Below the pieces are notes generated by a model. It made no database searches. It saw only the letters and a list, made by a program, of their open reading frames with translations, and was not told the DNA's origin. Position numbers and translations under genes: made by a program. From the NCBI GenBank assembly GCA_044892525.1, contig CM097887.1, positions 72,478,001-72,542,000 of the forward strand: a stretch of DNA of 64,000 nucleotides. The letters are read 5' to 3'. The stretch is from Schmidtea polychroa. Its lineage: Eukaryota. Each line of letters starts with the position of its first letter. Positions within the stretch are counted from its first letter, which is position 1. Shown here one piece after another: positions 13,101-26,149 of the stretch.

Positions 13101-16100
13101 ACATTGCGAACTTTTTGCAGTGCTGCGCAGTACTGTGACTAAAGTTATCAAAAAATACCAAAACTGTGGAAGAGGCAAAAAAATGTGGGAGACCTTGCAA
13201 AACAGATGAACTATCGAACTATCGTGAAAGAGGCCAAGAAAAACCCATTCATAACTGCCAAAAGCCATTCAAGACAACTTGAAGTTAGGTGATGAGGTAT
13301 ATAGCGATATGAATAAACACGATCTTGATGATATTATAAGAACTTTTTTTTCCAATTTTACCACTGATTATTTTTTCCATTAAAATGAGAGCTTGAAGAC
13401 TATAAATCAGTAATATATCGATGTTTTTTGATACTCACGAATTTTCGTTACTGCCTTTTTCAAGTGAATTTGATCATTATTGCATTTATCAATTATTTTT
13501 GGGGAAAATAAATTTATTTCATATTTTATAATACATTTATTGGTTTAATTATATTTTAATTACCCAAATAATATTTCCTATTTTTTATATTTTATTTTAT
13601 AAAAAAATGTTTTTTTAATTTTTATTCAAATCTAAATTCAAACCTAAATTTAAACTTAAATCCAAATTCAAATAAATGTCTCGGGGATTTTTTTTTAATT
13701 TAGTGGAATGTTGATGGACGGTTTAAGTTCTTTGATATAAAGAGTCTCTGTGGCTAATCTTTGCAATTTATTTTTGAACGCATCTTGTAACATTTTGCAT
13801 TTTGTTTTGTGTATGAGTGGTGCTGATTTGTGCACTTTTTTCCAGTGTTCGTGATAATTGCTGGTTTTTCTTTTGACGTGTTCGTTGAGTCTTGTTTGGA
13901 ATGTTCTATGTGTTTCGCCTATGTACGATGCGTCACATCTTGTGCAAGTAATTTGGTAAACAATATTTTTTGAGAAGCAGAAACATTTTGTGGAGGATTG
14001 GCATATACAATCTCGATGAAATAGGTCTGATGTTAGAGATTTTTGAGACTTACGAAGCTGTGATTTCAAAGGTGCAGCGGTTGATGAGGTATTCCATGGA
14101 CAAACTTGAACTTGTAGCTTTAAACCTATAAAATAAAAAACATCCTTTTAAATAATTTTTATTATTTATTAACAATATTTTATATTCAAATTTTTAATTT
14201 TTATAAATTTTTAATCAGAATTTATTTCTATTTAATTTTCTATTTTTCCTTTTTACATTTTCACCTTTATTACTCGCCGAAATTTATAACTATTCCAAGT
14301 AAAACGCAGCCATAGATTGCTTTTCACTTTGGAATCATAACTTACATTCTTTTCTCATTTATTTTCTAATATGTTTAAACTAAATAAAGGCTGTGACAAA
14401 GATTTCTGTAAAGTTTGAATTTAATAATCTATTTATTGCCTGCGGTATATACACCATTTCCAAATTGGATGTTCTATAAGCAAACAATTTGAACATAATA
14501 TCCACGGAACATTTTTGGGGGTTCCATAAAAATACACCAATAAGTAATTTACTCAAAATAGTTACCTCATTATTCATACTGATGTTTGTGGATATAGATC
14601 GATGCATTTCGGTTTCTCCCCGTGATTTTACTGTATGTACTTAGTAAGTGTGTGTGTAGTCATCGATGGTGAATACATTTTTATGCTTATAGCAGTTTGA
14701 ATTTGGAAATGATGTATGTATATATGTTGTCCTGATTCAAAGGGTTTAAGATAATTATTTGATAGAAATTTTAAAAGTAAGCATAAAAAATATCACTGCC
14801 AATAAAATATTTTGTAGAAATTATGACAGGATATTGGAATACCTGATGTTTTTATTTCAGAGATCTCTTTCCATAGAAACAAATGTTACTCGATCTAGTC
14901 CTGTCCTGATAGAAAATTCCTCTCCATATCCATATCATTTTACAATTAATTCCAAGAAATCTATTCCAAATATTAACAGCAACTCAACCAATGGGAACCC
15001 AAATATACCCTTAAAGTCTACGATGCCTCAGCCGTTAATTCCGTTTAGCAATTATACAGCCAAACAAAATTCTAACAATTTTTCATCTCGCAATTTTGGA
15101 TTACAAATAGACAATCCATTGCATCAATATCTTCCAAATATTTTAAAGTAATTAATTTATTTAAATATAATTTATTATAGATGAAAATGTATAACATTTG
15201 TGGATGTATTTCATCTTAATGCAATTCTACTTTTTTTGCTGATATTTCATCTATTTCTAATCAACACAAATTTTCGGCTTCGACTGTATCAAGCGTTATT
15301 GTTATGAATCATAAAATAAAACACTTGATAGAGTCAAATCCGAAAAATTGTTTGCATAGAAATAATTTTTAATCTTTTATCAGAATGAAAATAAACGAAA
15401 TATTATCGAAAATAAGAAAATAAATCAAGTGTGACCTAAAAGAGCAAAAGATTTTACTGGTAATTCTACTTTTCTTTCATTAGCTGAAATAAAGTCTTTT
15501 TGCCTATTTTGTTTAGAATTTAAATTTTGGCGTCATTTTTTGGTATTTGTTGTTTCAATTCTTGCTTTTATATTGGTAACATTTTCTTTTGTTTTTTCAG
15601 TTCTTACATTCCAATTAAAAGAAATTTTCAGTTTTGGGGCCATTTTAAATATTATTATATTCCTCCTAGGTGTTGATTTTTTTTGTCGATTCGTTCATTA
15701 GAAATGGCATAGAAAGATTCCATAAAATTAAAAATAAATTTCATGTTTTCTTTAAAATTCATCGGATTTCTGCGCAAAAATATTTATGTATTATTTTAGT
15801 CAGCAAAGAAAGAGTAACTCGGGAGAAAGTATTTGATCATAGCTAATTGTCTTTGAAATGTTTTTGATCTATAATATTATGTATTGTGTGTGTTTATGTA
15901 TATGATCCGCATTATTGGATCAGTTGTCCATCAAAACGTTCCCAAACTTTCCTTATGAATTAGCTTTTTAGTTATTGCATGTTGACTGTGGAGAGTGTTG
16001 TCCACATTTTGGAATTCCTAAATTTTTTCACTGTCAATCAGTGGTTCGTAGATCTTGGTTTAGGTTTTATCAGCTGTCCAAAACAATGTGTTATTTTTCA

Positions 16101-19100
16101 AAGTCTCCTGTTCATTGAATTCATCTTAAAGTAATCTCAAACTCTTGTTGTTGTTTGACGTGAAAATAAATTCTCTGTTTCAGTTACACGTACAACTTGT
16201 GACTATTTGAGATTAAAAATGATTATATTATCCTTGTCTTGTGCTGTCATCAAAACATCGTTGATTGTAAATGCCATATACAGCCGACTCCGGGTATAAG
16301 AATATCGGATATAGGAATACTCTGCTTAGAAGAATAGTATTTATGTGTTCCAGATTTTTTGCAAATTTTACGCAGTGAGATCTTCGCATAAATGAATGTT
16401 GGATATAAGAATTGGAGTTGAGATTGATTTTCGATTTGTACTCCGCTAAAGTGCATATTTACAGCGTGTTAAGACAATAAGCATCATTATTTGTGGGCAT
16501 TTCGACGCTTGTTTATTGATTGCATGTTTGTACACGTTTTGAATTAAACAACTTTGTGCTACTATATTAAAGGTGCGTTCCCGTGTATAAAAATATCTTT
16601 TCATTATTGTTGAAGTTTGCTACAGTATAGTGGTGTACGTTTGATTTTTATTATATCGAATAAATAATTAAATGAATTTTACTAACAGTATCATGGCTAG
16701 TGATTCGAAAAGAAATACGCTTACAAATAAGAAAAAGCTAGAAGTTTTGGAGGCGTTAAAATCGATAAGCAACCTATTGTTGCTGAGGAGTTTACCGTGA
16801 GTCAGTCGACTATCTCCAAAATAAAGAAAGCAGAAAAAAAGATTCGCCATGAAGCGCTAGGCAACGGAAATCTGAACCGAAAAATAAAACGTGAAAGTCC
16901 AAACGAAGAAGTTGCTGATGCGCTGATAGAATGGTTTTATCAAATGCGGCAGCAAAATGCTGCGATCAACGACCCATTAATGATGAAGAAGGCGTAGCAT
17001 CTAGCTGTGACGCTTGGCTGTACGTCATTTCTTCCAACAAATGGCTGGCTAGAGCATCTTAAAATTCGACATAACATTACGTTTAAGAAGATTGGCGGTT
17101 AAAGATGTTTATGTGGTTGTTTACGTCTTGCCCATCTTTAATGCCGACGAAAGAGACCTATCGTACAAAGCGGCGGCCTCTGGCACATTATCTATCACTG
17201 GTACTCAACCAACTGGTGGAAAGACGCCGAAAAAACGAATAACTGTACCGAAAAGGTATACGTAGTGGGCAACGTTCCCTATAATTTTTACTCGACATGT
17301 GCGGCAGAAAATTCGTGTGGGCAATTATTTTTTAATAAAAGACAAACTGGTAAAATTTCACATCCACATTTATTGAATTCAAAAAAGTGAACATTGACAT
17401 TTAATTTCAATGTTACCAATTGAGACATACTAAAACAAATAACCCAGAATTTAGTGTGGAAATCTATACGAAATTTTCAACTGGGTGCGTTTACGCAATG
17501 AAAATGGTGACAAATAAAAAAAATTATTGTTTGCAATAATTTCTAGTGTGCGGATAGAAATGCTGAGTGGGCAAATGTCAATTTTTAACTGGGCGGCCGC
17601 CCGTTTGCCCAGCTTAGAGGGAACGTTGGTAGTGGGGAAATTTTCAAATCCACCGTTTTCGCCGTATTTCAGCAGTAGCAACGCTTGGATGACCAGTCGA
17701 ATTTGGGCTGATATTTTTCTTAAATTTGATCGGGAGCTTGACAATCGAAAACCCATTCTGTTTCCCGATAATGCGGCTAGTCATAAAGTAGAAGGATAGC
17801 TCAAGAACATCAAACTGGAGTTTATACCACCGAACACAACATCTCTTATACAGCCGCTGGATCAAGGAATCATCTGCTGACGATGTTGCTAGTGTCGCCA
17901 GCTACGATCCGAAACTGTTTCAGAAAAGCTGGCTTTCCAACTGTTGATCCGGACGACAATTAATATAATGTTCTGCCGATTCCAGCAGTGACTGCTTAGC
18001 TAGGACAAGCAGTCACACAAGAAGATTTTGAAGCTTTTGTAGACTGCGATAACGAAATCGCATGCCATAGTACATCAACCGACGCTGAAATTTGTGAGCA
18101 AGTACAGCGTAATATGCAGTTGTCGGAAGCCCGCAGAGTAACGCACAAAGAAACATTACATGCGCTGGCAACTGTTTGTCATTACTTGGAGCAGAATCTT
18201 ACAGAATACAACGAGTACTATGCTTTTACATATAGGATCGAGAAAAACACATCAAGCGGAAAATTACAGACTTTTTTATATAATAAGATCATAATTATGT
18301 GTGCCTTGATTGTTTTACGGTGTAAAATTGACAATAAGTAAATAAAATCTGTGACCTTTTAAGCAATATTAGTCTCACTCCACATATATGACTACTCCGC
18401 ATACATGAATACTCCGCATATAAGAATGTCTATTTGCCGGCCCGAGCGTATTCTTATAAGCGGAGTCAGCTGTATTACTACTCCAATCAATTAAAGGATT
18501 TCTAAAAATACTTTTTTATAGCCTCTAGTGAGCATAGTGTTCATTCCCAAAGTACTGTCAAATTGAATATTGTTATTAATCTAGATTCTAGACATTTTGA
18601 CAATTGAAGTACGCAATGTTATAAAGCTTTAACTCGAAAACCTGACATTTTACTGTATGTTTGATAATATTTTTAAAATTATCGCTTCGGAAATATTTAG
18701 CAAAACATAATTTCATCATAGATACAAAACCTTTAAACAAGTGTATGAAAAGATATTACTTAAAAATATTTTGCAGCAAAGGTTTATTTTATCATTTACT
18801 TGTTTAACATTTAATTGATGCTGCTACCAAGAAATCATTATTTTCTAGGTAAAAAAATTCTTCTTTGTCTACAGTCTTTCCTTGAATAAATTACGCGCGC
18901 ATTTTATTTGAATAAAATGAGAATTTTGTGTTCTATTCGAATTATTTTATTTATGATATAGATGTATGAATTTTACAAAGTATAAGTTAATTTCATTACT
19001 CACTGTAATGCCCCCACCCAGATAAGATATTCATTATAATCACACCCTATTATTGTAGGGATCAATCAGAAAAGCTTACGTTGGTTTCTCAAAGGCCTCA

Positions 19101-22100
19101 AATATACACTAGGACATTGAACTATTAAAATATCAATTAAGAAAATTCTAAATTTCAAACGAAAAAGTGTTCGCAACAATAGTGAATAAAAATTATTATT
19201 TTGCAACGTCATATTTTTAGAGAACCTTAAAATCATATTCAGTCGAATTTCCTAGAGTGCTTAGTTGTATTGTATGAATGGAAAATAACTATATTATCTT
19301 ATAAATCTTTGAAAAATCATTGTCACTTAAATATTATAATATTGTAAATTAAAGAAAGGAAGAGTACTGAAAATGTCTGCTGAAAAAACTATTTGAGGAA
19401 ATTATTTTCAAGTCCATGCACTGTGAGGTGTTTTCAGCTGAGAATTAAATATTTATTAAAATAATTTTAAATTGTAAATAATTGACTATTAAAATAACTG
19501 TTAAAATAACTTTTAAATTGGATTTTTTAAGTTGAAATTTTTGAATTGAAAAATTGGAAAAATTAAAATAGCTTTTTGAAAGAAATTTTATTAGTGAATA
19601 ATTTCTAAATAAATATATTTTAAATATCGAAATTTTGATAAATGGTTTTGAAAATATTTTATTCAGCGCTGAAAATTTGTTTGAAAATTATACAATGATT
19701 AAATAAATACTTGGAATTATGACGTTAACTTTTGAACCTAATTTGAAAAATAATTTAGAAGATGTGTTAGCATCTTCTAATATAAAACTTTTAATGCGGT
19801 GAAACCGATCAAAAACAAACACCTTTCATAAATTACACAAGGTCCTTTGAACGTTTTAATTACTTTTAACATTAAATATGATATTGTAAATCAAATACAT
19901 TTTTCAACAATGATAGAAGCGTTTTCGTGGGGAAAAGTTGGAAAAGTTGGAAAGGTTTTTATGTTATTTTTTAATTATTGAAACGGCTTTCAACTACCTT
20001 TACCAATACACAATTGTGTTAAACTAATTTTATTTTTTTTGGCATTAAATTTTTCCATTTTGCAATTTGTATGTAAATACTGCGAGTATGAAGAATTATT
20101 TGTGTACTATATTTTCGATTTAGAAGTCTCTAAATATTTTATCTCTGGTCGCTTTGATATTTGTGCTATAAAGAATTAAGCTTCTCTTAGAACTACAATT
20201 AACTCAGGATCTAACTTTGGACAGTTTTGCAAATAAGCATTTTATAATGTTATTTAATATAATAATATTTATTTATCCTCCAAAAAACCCAGTCGAATTT
20301 TTGAATTCAGAGACCCGTTTGTAAGCAGGGAGCATAGACTTGTTGTTTGGATTGGATTCAAATTATATCAAACGAACTTTAACTTCGAAATTGTTAAATT
20401 GTATTCTTTCTCGCTCATTGTGTTCTTCGTAGTAGATATGTCGGTTATGCTTTGATGAAATAAGGTATCCACCTTTGTGGACTCAAGAAACATTTTTCAA
20501 TTTTGATGGGTTTATTTTTGTAAATTTTCCTATATTTCTATTTTACATACAAGTGTTTTGAATAATAACAAATTTTCATACAGTTGGTGCTATTGAAATT
20601 AAATTTTGTACTTGATTGTTATAGTTTTTGTTTTTTTTTATTTATTCGTTTTTTCATTATTTTAATAATTATTAATTACAGATTTGATTTCTCAATGTAA
20701 AATTTATCTCATTTCTGTAAAGTTTTTTTGACATCCGTTAATTTTATTATAATTTGTGACAGTTTATATTAGTTTTAAATTCGTAATTTCCGTTCACTTC
20801 ATATATTGTTCGAATGACATTTTCCCTTGATCGGGTAATGAATTTTTAATTGTTTTATTAATACATAAAGAAATTAGAACGCTAAAAATGATATATTTAT
20901 GGAATTCTTTTTTATAAGAAATTGAGTCTTATAAAAGAAAAAAAATCGTTCGGTTTGTTCATAGATTAAAAGTTTAGATTTCAAAAAAATAATATTTACA
21001 TTTATTCCTATCATTTCGGAATGTCTTTTGTGTTAGAAGTACTTATTTCTGTTGTAAATTTTCAGACAACGTTTTTTACTATATTAAGTCATTTTAACCT
21101 TTGATGGCGTTTATTGGGATGTTGCTATTTTTAAGCATTTATGTGGACTATTTTATGATTTCTATTTGTTAAATTTATTAAATAAACCGTTTAAATGTTT
21201 TTATTAATTAATTGCCCATAATACCAGTTTTTTGTGTCCGTTAAATGGGATTTTTGGCAAGTCCAAATCATTAAAATTATAAAAATATTCGCGATCTTCT
21301 ATCGCTCTAATTATTCAAAACTTTCTCAATTCTTGAAATTCTAATAAAATATTATTTCTCTATTCTTTTCCTGAAAAGGAAGCATACTTGTGATTCATGT
21401 CTTTGTAATATTTTTCAATTTAATTTTTTAAAAACTTTATTAGCTAAAAAATGGATTTATTTTCTGCAACGGATTCATTTTATTGTTTCTTTACATTGTT
21501 TTTTTTTAAATTGCGTAAATCTTTTTTATATATTTAATTTATTTTTTCTACTTTATCTTGAAATATATAATAATTTGGTCGATGTAACTTCTAATGAATT
21601 TCGATAGACAAATAAATTTGTGCGTTTGTTATAACATAAACTATTGATTATTTGTTACCTCTTATAGTAAGTAGTACATTTTATGTCTTATATTTTCATT
21701 AATTTTTATTTTGGGGTTAAATATTTTATCATAAATGTCTCATAGGTAATAGGTTTATAATAGATTTTGAAACCATTAGATAACAATTTAAAATTGGAAA
21801 TACATATTTTCAAGTTGCATGTTATATTATGCTTAATAATATTACTGTTCCCACTCAATTTGACATGTTCTCAATTCATGTTTAAAGAGGCTGGGTAATC
21901 TCTAATATGGCTTTATATTCATTGTAAGTTAAATTATATACAAGATAGATCAAACGACGATACATATTTAGTGCTTTACATGACACGAACTTTACAAAAC
22001 TTTGAAATAATTTTAACATTGAATATTCCAATATTGTTGAAAATAGATTTTCTAGAATTTTTAAAATCTTCAGAAAAAAGTAAAACTGAGATAAAAAGGA

Positions 22101-22586
22101 TTATTTACTTATTAAAACAAGTAGTTTAATTGTTAAAAAATTAATTCGTTAATTCGTTAATTCGTTAAAAAAAGATTTAATAAATAACCAAAAAGTGCAA
22201 TATATTTGCTGTGTTACTAATGTATTTACATGTAATAAACGGTGATTTTTCAAAAATATTAAATTTGTTTTTATCCTATTACTTTAGGGTTGTCTTGCTA
22301 ACTCATCAAAATTTTTGTGTTTAGAGATCAAAAATTTCGGCAAAGTTCCCTTTTGTTTCATGGAATGTCTCCGTCTAATAAATTATATATTCCTTCGAAT
22401 AATGCGAATAATGTGTTCAAGTCAACAAGTCCTTTAAATAGTGATAAATCTGGATTTTACTTTAATAACCCTAATAAACGAAGGCCGATAGTTAATACTA
22501 GACAGAACCTAATCAGTCATCAAGACCACAATGTTAGCTTACCAGAGTTGAAAGGAGCAGAAAGTGAGTTTGACTTCCATGTATAA
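4194..22586 (+). CDS. Probable multi-exon host gene, N/S-rich low-complexity product of unknown function (candidate exons 4194-4499, 9462-9764, 14861-15147, 22325-22586)
   Basis: Four open segments of about 260-306 nt, each after a pyrimidine-rich AG acceptor; the first three end at GT donors and the last at a stop. Phases are compatible (0/0, 0/0, 0/2, 2/stop). No recognisable domain. Confidence 0.5.
5974..8249 (+). pseudogene. 5'-truncated, frameshifted Ty3/gypsy pol (RT-RNase H-integrase)
   Basis: DFSKAYHQ...[57 protein letters not shown], spread over ORFs 6108-6500, 6400-6777, 6835-7077, 7074-7481 and 7509-8249. Confidence 0.92.
8311..8820 (+). mobile_element. PPT and probable 3' LTR of the second gypsy element
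   Basis: CGGCGGGGGC followed by TGTAGTA at 8324; right end uncertain. Confidence 0.5.
8996..9335. mobile_element. Possible hAT/Charlie-type MITE
   Basis: Inverted ends GGTTCTCAAA (8996) and TTTGAGAACC (9335); TSD not confirmed. Confidence 0.4.
9918..11757 (-). mobile_element. Decayed Tigger/pogo DNA transposon
   Basis: TA-flanked imperfect TIRs (CAGGCATCTCTTGAATAGCACGGT and the reverse complement of ACCGTGATATTCAAGGGATGAG). CENP-B-like HTH remnant [22 protein letters not shown] at 11210-11395; DDE remnant QPLNQGTI at 10443-10670. Confidence 0.8.
13695..14069 (-). mobile_element. Penelope-like element fragment, GIY-YIG endonuclease
   Basis: [31 protein letters not shown] matches the PLE GIY-YIG pattern with CxxC. 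Confidence 0.85.
16281..18472 (+). mobile_element. Decayed Tigger/pogo DNA transposon
   Basis: TA TSD; TIR CAGC(C/T)GACTCCG..TATAAGAATA. Remnants [38 protein letters not shown] and [18 protein letters not shown]. Confidence 0.88.
17270..17628. mobile_element. hAT-type MITE nested in the Tigger copy
   Basis: TIR CAACGTTCCCT(A/C)TAA; perfect 8-bp TSD GTAGTGGG at 17262-17269 and 17629-17636. Confidence 0.88.
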
Positions 22587-24859
22587 ATGTGATATTTTAA
22601 TAATAAATTTATAATTTAATAATTAATTTTAAATGTTCAATTTAAATCTTGGAATTTTAATTTTTTTAATAATTTTTGCATTAGTCGTTTTTACAATGTC
22701 TTTTGTTCATAACATTTTGAAATAATTGACACGAATGAGATAATCATGAAAGGGTTTTTGAATAGCTATCATGAAAGCCATTGATAATATTTCGAAATTA
22801 TGTGAATAAATGAGATCTTTTTGTATTTGGAGAAAATTATTGTTGTTTTGAAAATATAAATATTGCATTCGGGTGACAGTTAATGATATCCATATGGTTT
22901 GTTTAGAAATCGAACGGCTTTAACTTTCAAAGAATGGACAGTAATGGTATCTATGAACTATTTATATGCATATATGATTATTTGATTGAAATGAACATGA
23001 TTGTCACAAATACTAACGAAGAAGGGGTTTTAAGAATTTTTGCAAAGAAATTATCTGAAATAAACTTTCTGAAGCTGTGAATTTAAATCAGAAACTGGAA
23101 ATATTTATTGAAGTCAATCCGGATCTGGCTAAAGGTTCCTTACGATTTTGTAAGACACATAAAAAAGAACTATGAGAAAAAAGTAAACCTGTCCAGTTAA
23201 CTTTCAAAAATTATTTTGTTCCAGCATAGCCAGATAGGCTTATGCTGCCTGGTTGCAAAATTTTGTGATACCCCATCCCGAAAAAAAGGATACCGTGTTT
23301 TTCCGTAAATAAACCTTGGTGAACATTTTCAAACATTTTTAAATGAATTTTTTTAATTTCCATATATTAATAATATCCAATTTTAAATAAATTTAATTAT
23401 ATTATATAATTAAATTAAATCTATTAAGTTTTTCCAAAAATAATGGCATTTCCCAAAACTTAGTCCCAAGTTAGTTTTTTTAAAAAATTATTAAAATAAG
23501 CCGTTTTATTTTCAAAATACACGATAGTTAATCCTTTTTAGTTCTTCCAGGTTTTTAATTTTCTTTACTGATAAAAATTTTCCTTTATCCCTTATCTAGA
23601 AAAAATATAATTAAAATCTTTTGTGTGGAGTTTAATTATCATGAAATTATTCGATTTGATTTTATAATAAATTAAACATTAAAACTCAATATATTAATAA
23701 ATGTATTAAAAAGTATGGTTTTTGAAACTCGCTATATTTCACTCTCTCAATTTCAATATGCCTCAATGCTATGAAATATTTATTATTAAGTAAAATAACT
23801 TTTTTGCGTGACCAAACGAAACCCTAAATTATGTGATTATTATAATGTGATAATGATAATCATATCAATTATTGGTTCAAACTTATTTTAAATATAATTA
23901 CGTTATCTCTTTAATTCGAAGTTAATGAATAGATAAGAATTTATATTGAAATAAGGAAATAACATTAGATTTGTTGAGCATGTTAAAGTAAATTATTAAA
24001 TTATGTCAAATTGAATAGTTCCGAATAAAAAGAAAACAGAAATTAACGAAAAAAAATGGCGGTAAAGCAGAGAAGTAATGGCAAAGAAAGATATGATAAT
24101 AACAGAACTATAAAAGGGTAAATTCAGACACGAAATGGAAAAATGCGCAAACCCGAGGAGGTGGAATAAAGTGAAATGTAATTGAAATTGAAGCTGGAAA
24201 ATGGGAGAGGTGTAGATTAGGGAATGGTGAAGAAGACAGTGAGCAAGTAATTGTTAGAAAATGTTTAGAAAGGGTCGAAAAACAGGCAAATATGGAAAAA
24301 CACATACTATTAATTAAATAATTAATTGGCTAATGGAAAACCTGAGCTAATGGAAAATCCGAGCCAATTGAGAACCCAAGCGATGAGGAAAACCCGAGCG
24401 TGGCAATTTGGAAGAATAAAAAAACTTAGAATTTAGAGGGAAATTATCCAAACAGTCGGATAAATGAGAGTAAACAAAAGAAGGGGAATTACTAAAAGAG
24501 TCAACAGAAATAACTAATTAGAGAAATATAATTAAGGAAGTCAAAACTTATTAGGTCAAAAACGGAGCAATTACAACGATGATAGGAGTATATAAGGAAA
24601 CTCCAAATTCAGATAATCGGCAGTAGCCTCAAGTAGGAAAGAAGAAACCGACAATAGGAATTTGAGGAACAAAATCAAGAACTGAAAAGGGAATTATAAG
24701 AGGAACTGAAGAGTTAGAAAAGGAGTATCAAAGAAGTTCGGATCAAAGAGCGGAATATTGAATAAAAAGGTGAAACTTATTTTTAAATCGCACAAGGTCG
24801 AAACTTTCCAGACCGAAGTTTTGTCAGAAATTGCGAACAAAATAGTGGTTAACTAAAAG

Positions 24860-25190
24860 TTGTTATCATTTATTAAGAATTGTAAATTTGCTATAAACAA
24901 ATATACTTTGGGAATTTGTGTTTAACAACTTTGGGACACGTGGAGTCAGAGTAACCAACGGTCGACTTTTTAGTATCAGAAAACCCAACAGATTTGATAT
25001 ATCAATATTTTTAAAACTAACCCAATGTCCCTGATCGGATCGATCTGAAATTTTGAGAACATGCACTGTTCTCGACAACAAATCTACTTGCCGAATTTCA
25101 GCCCAATCCGATCACGGAACATAAGTTAATTTGGCCTCATAAAATTTGCATTGCACATACAAACATACAAACAATAGCGAAGTTAATATA
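24860..25190. repeat. Short interspersed repeat, possibly a non-autonomous Helitron/DINE-like element
   Basis: Subterminal inverted GATCGGAT...ATCCGATC motifs and a CATACAAA microsatellite; family assignment is by resemblance only. Confidence 0.3.
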
Positions 25191-26149
25191 AAGAGTAAAA
25201 ACAAATGTGTAAATCTTCACCAAATAATAATCACTGATTACGTCCTAAAAAAGAAAAAGTTTAATACACAAATAGAATAAATTTATTTAATTTAATTGTA
25301 ACTTTTATTTGTAGTGCCCTTACGAAATCAAATTTACAATACCAATATAAAATACAAACATGTTTCCCCAAAATCCAATTTCCTTCAAAATGAATCGCAA
25401 GGCAATAATAATCAGGTATTTTTGTTTTATTTTTTATTAATATTTTACATAGTTATAGATGGACAACTTTACAAATAGGGAACCTTGAATATTTTTAGAC
25501 TTCTTGTATCATGACACTAATTCTGATCTTTATTGTTTATTTATTTATCCATCAAATAATAAATGATTTTTGTATATTTTTATTTTCTAAACTTAAGCTT
25601 TTGATAAATTTCATTAATTCATTAGAGGCCATCCAAATATTATGTACGCAGAAGGCTCCTGATTTTTACATCCTTTCATCCTATGTTTACATATGCACGG
25701 TGGTTTTATCCTCAGCGCCGACTGTGGGTTTAACTGGGCCTTGGAAAATATTAAATGCGAGACCCCTTCCCAAAAAGGCAGAAATGAATCATGAACATAA
25801 TTTTATCAATTTATTTAATGAAATATTTATTTCTCCAATATAATATTTTTTATTCTTATTTCGTATAGACTTTTTTACTGCTAATTATTCGATTAGTCGT
25901 TTTTTTTAGTACGAGGTATTTAATTCGTACTGATCAAGATATAGTGGCTTCATCCATGGTCGTCCTGGCCAGTCTTTTCATGTAGCAACTTCCAACTCCT
26001 TACTCAATAAGTTTTTCTCAGATCCATAATCATATTGATCATCATCCATATCTTCTTCCACTAATGGTCAGATGTTCGATATGTGTCACGGTATTCAATC
26101 CAACTTTACGTTCGTGGCCGAATTGATGCCGGTCACAATTTCAATGAGC

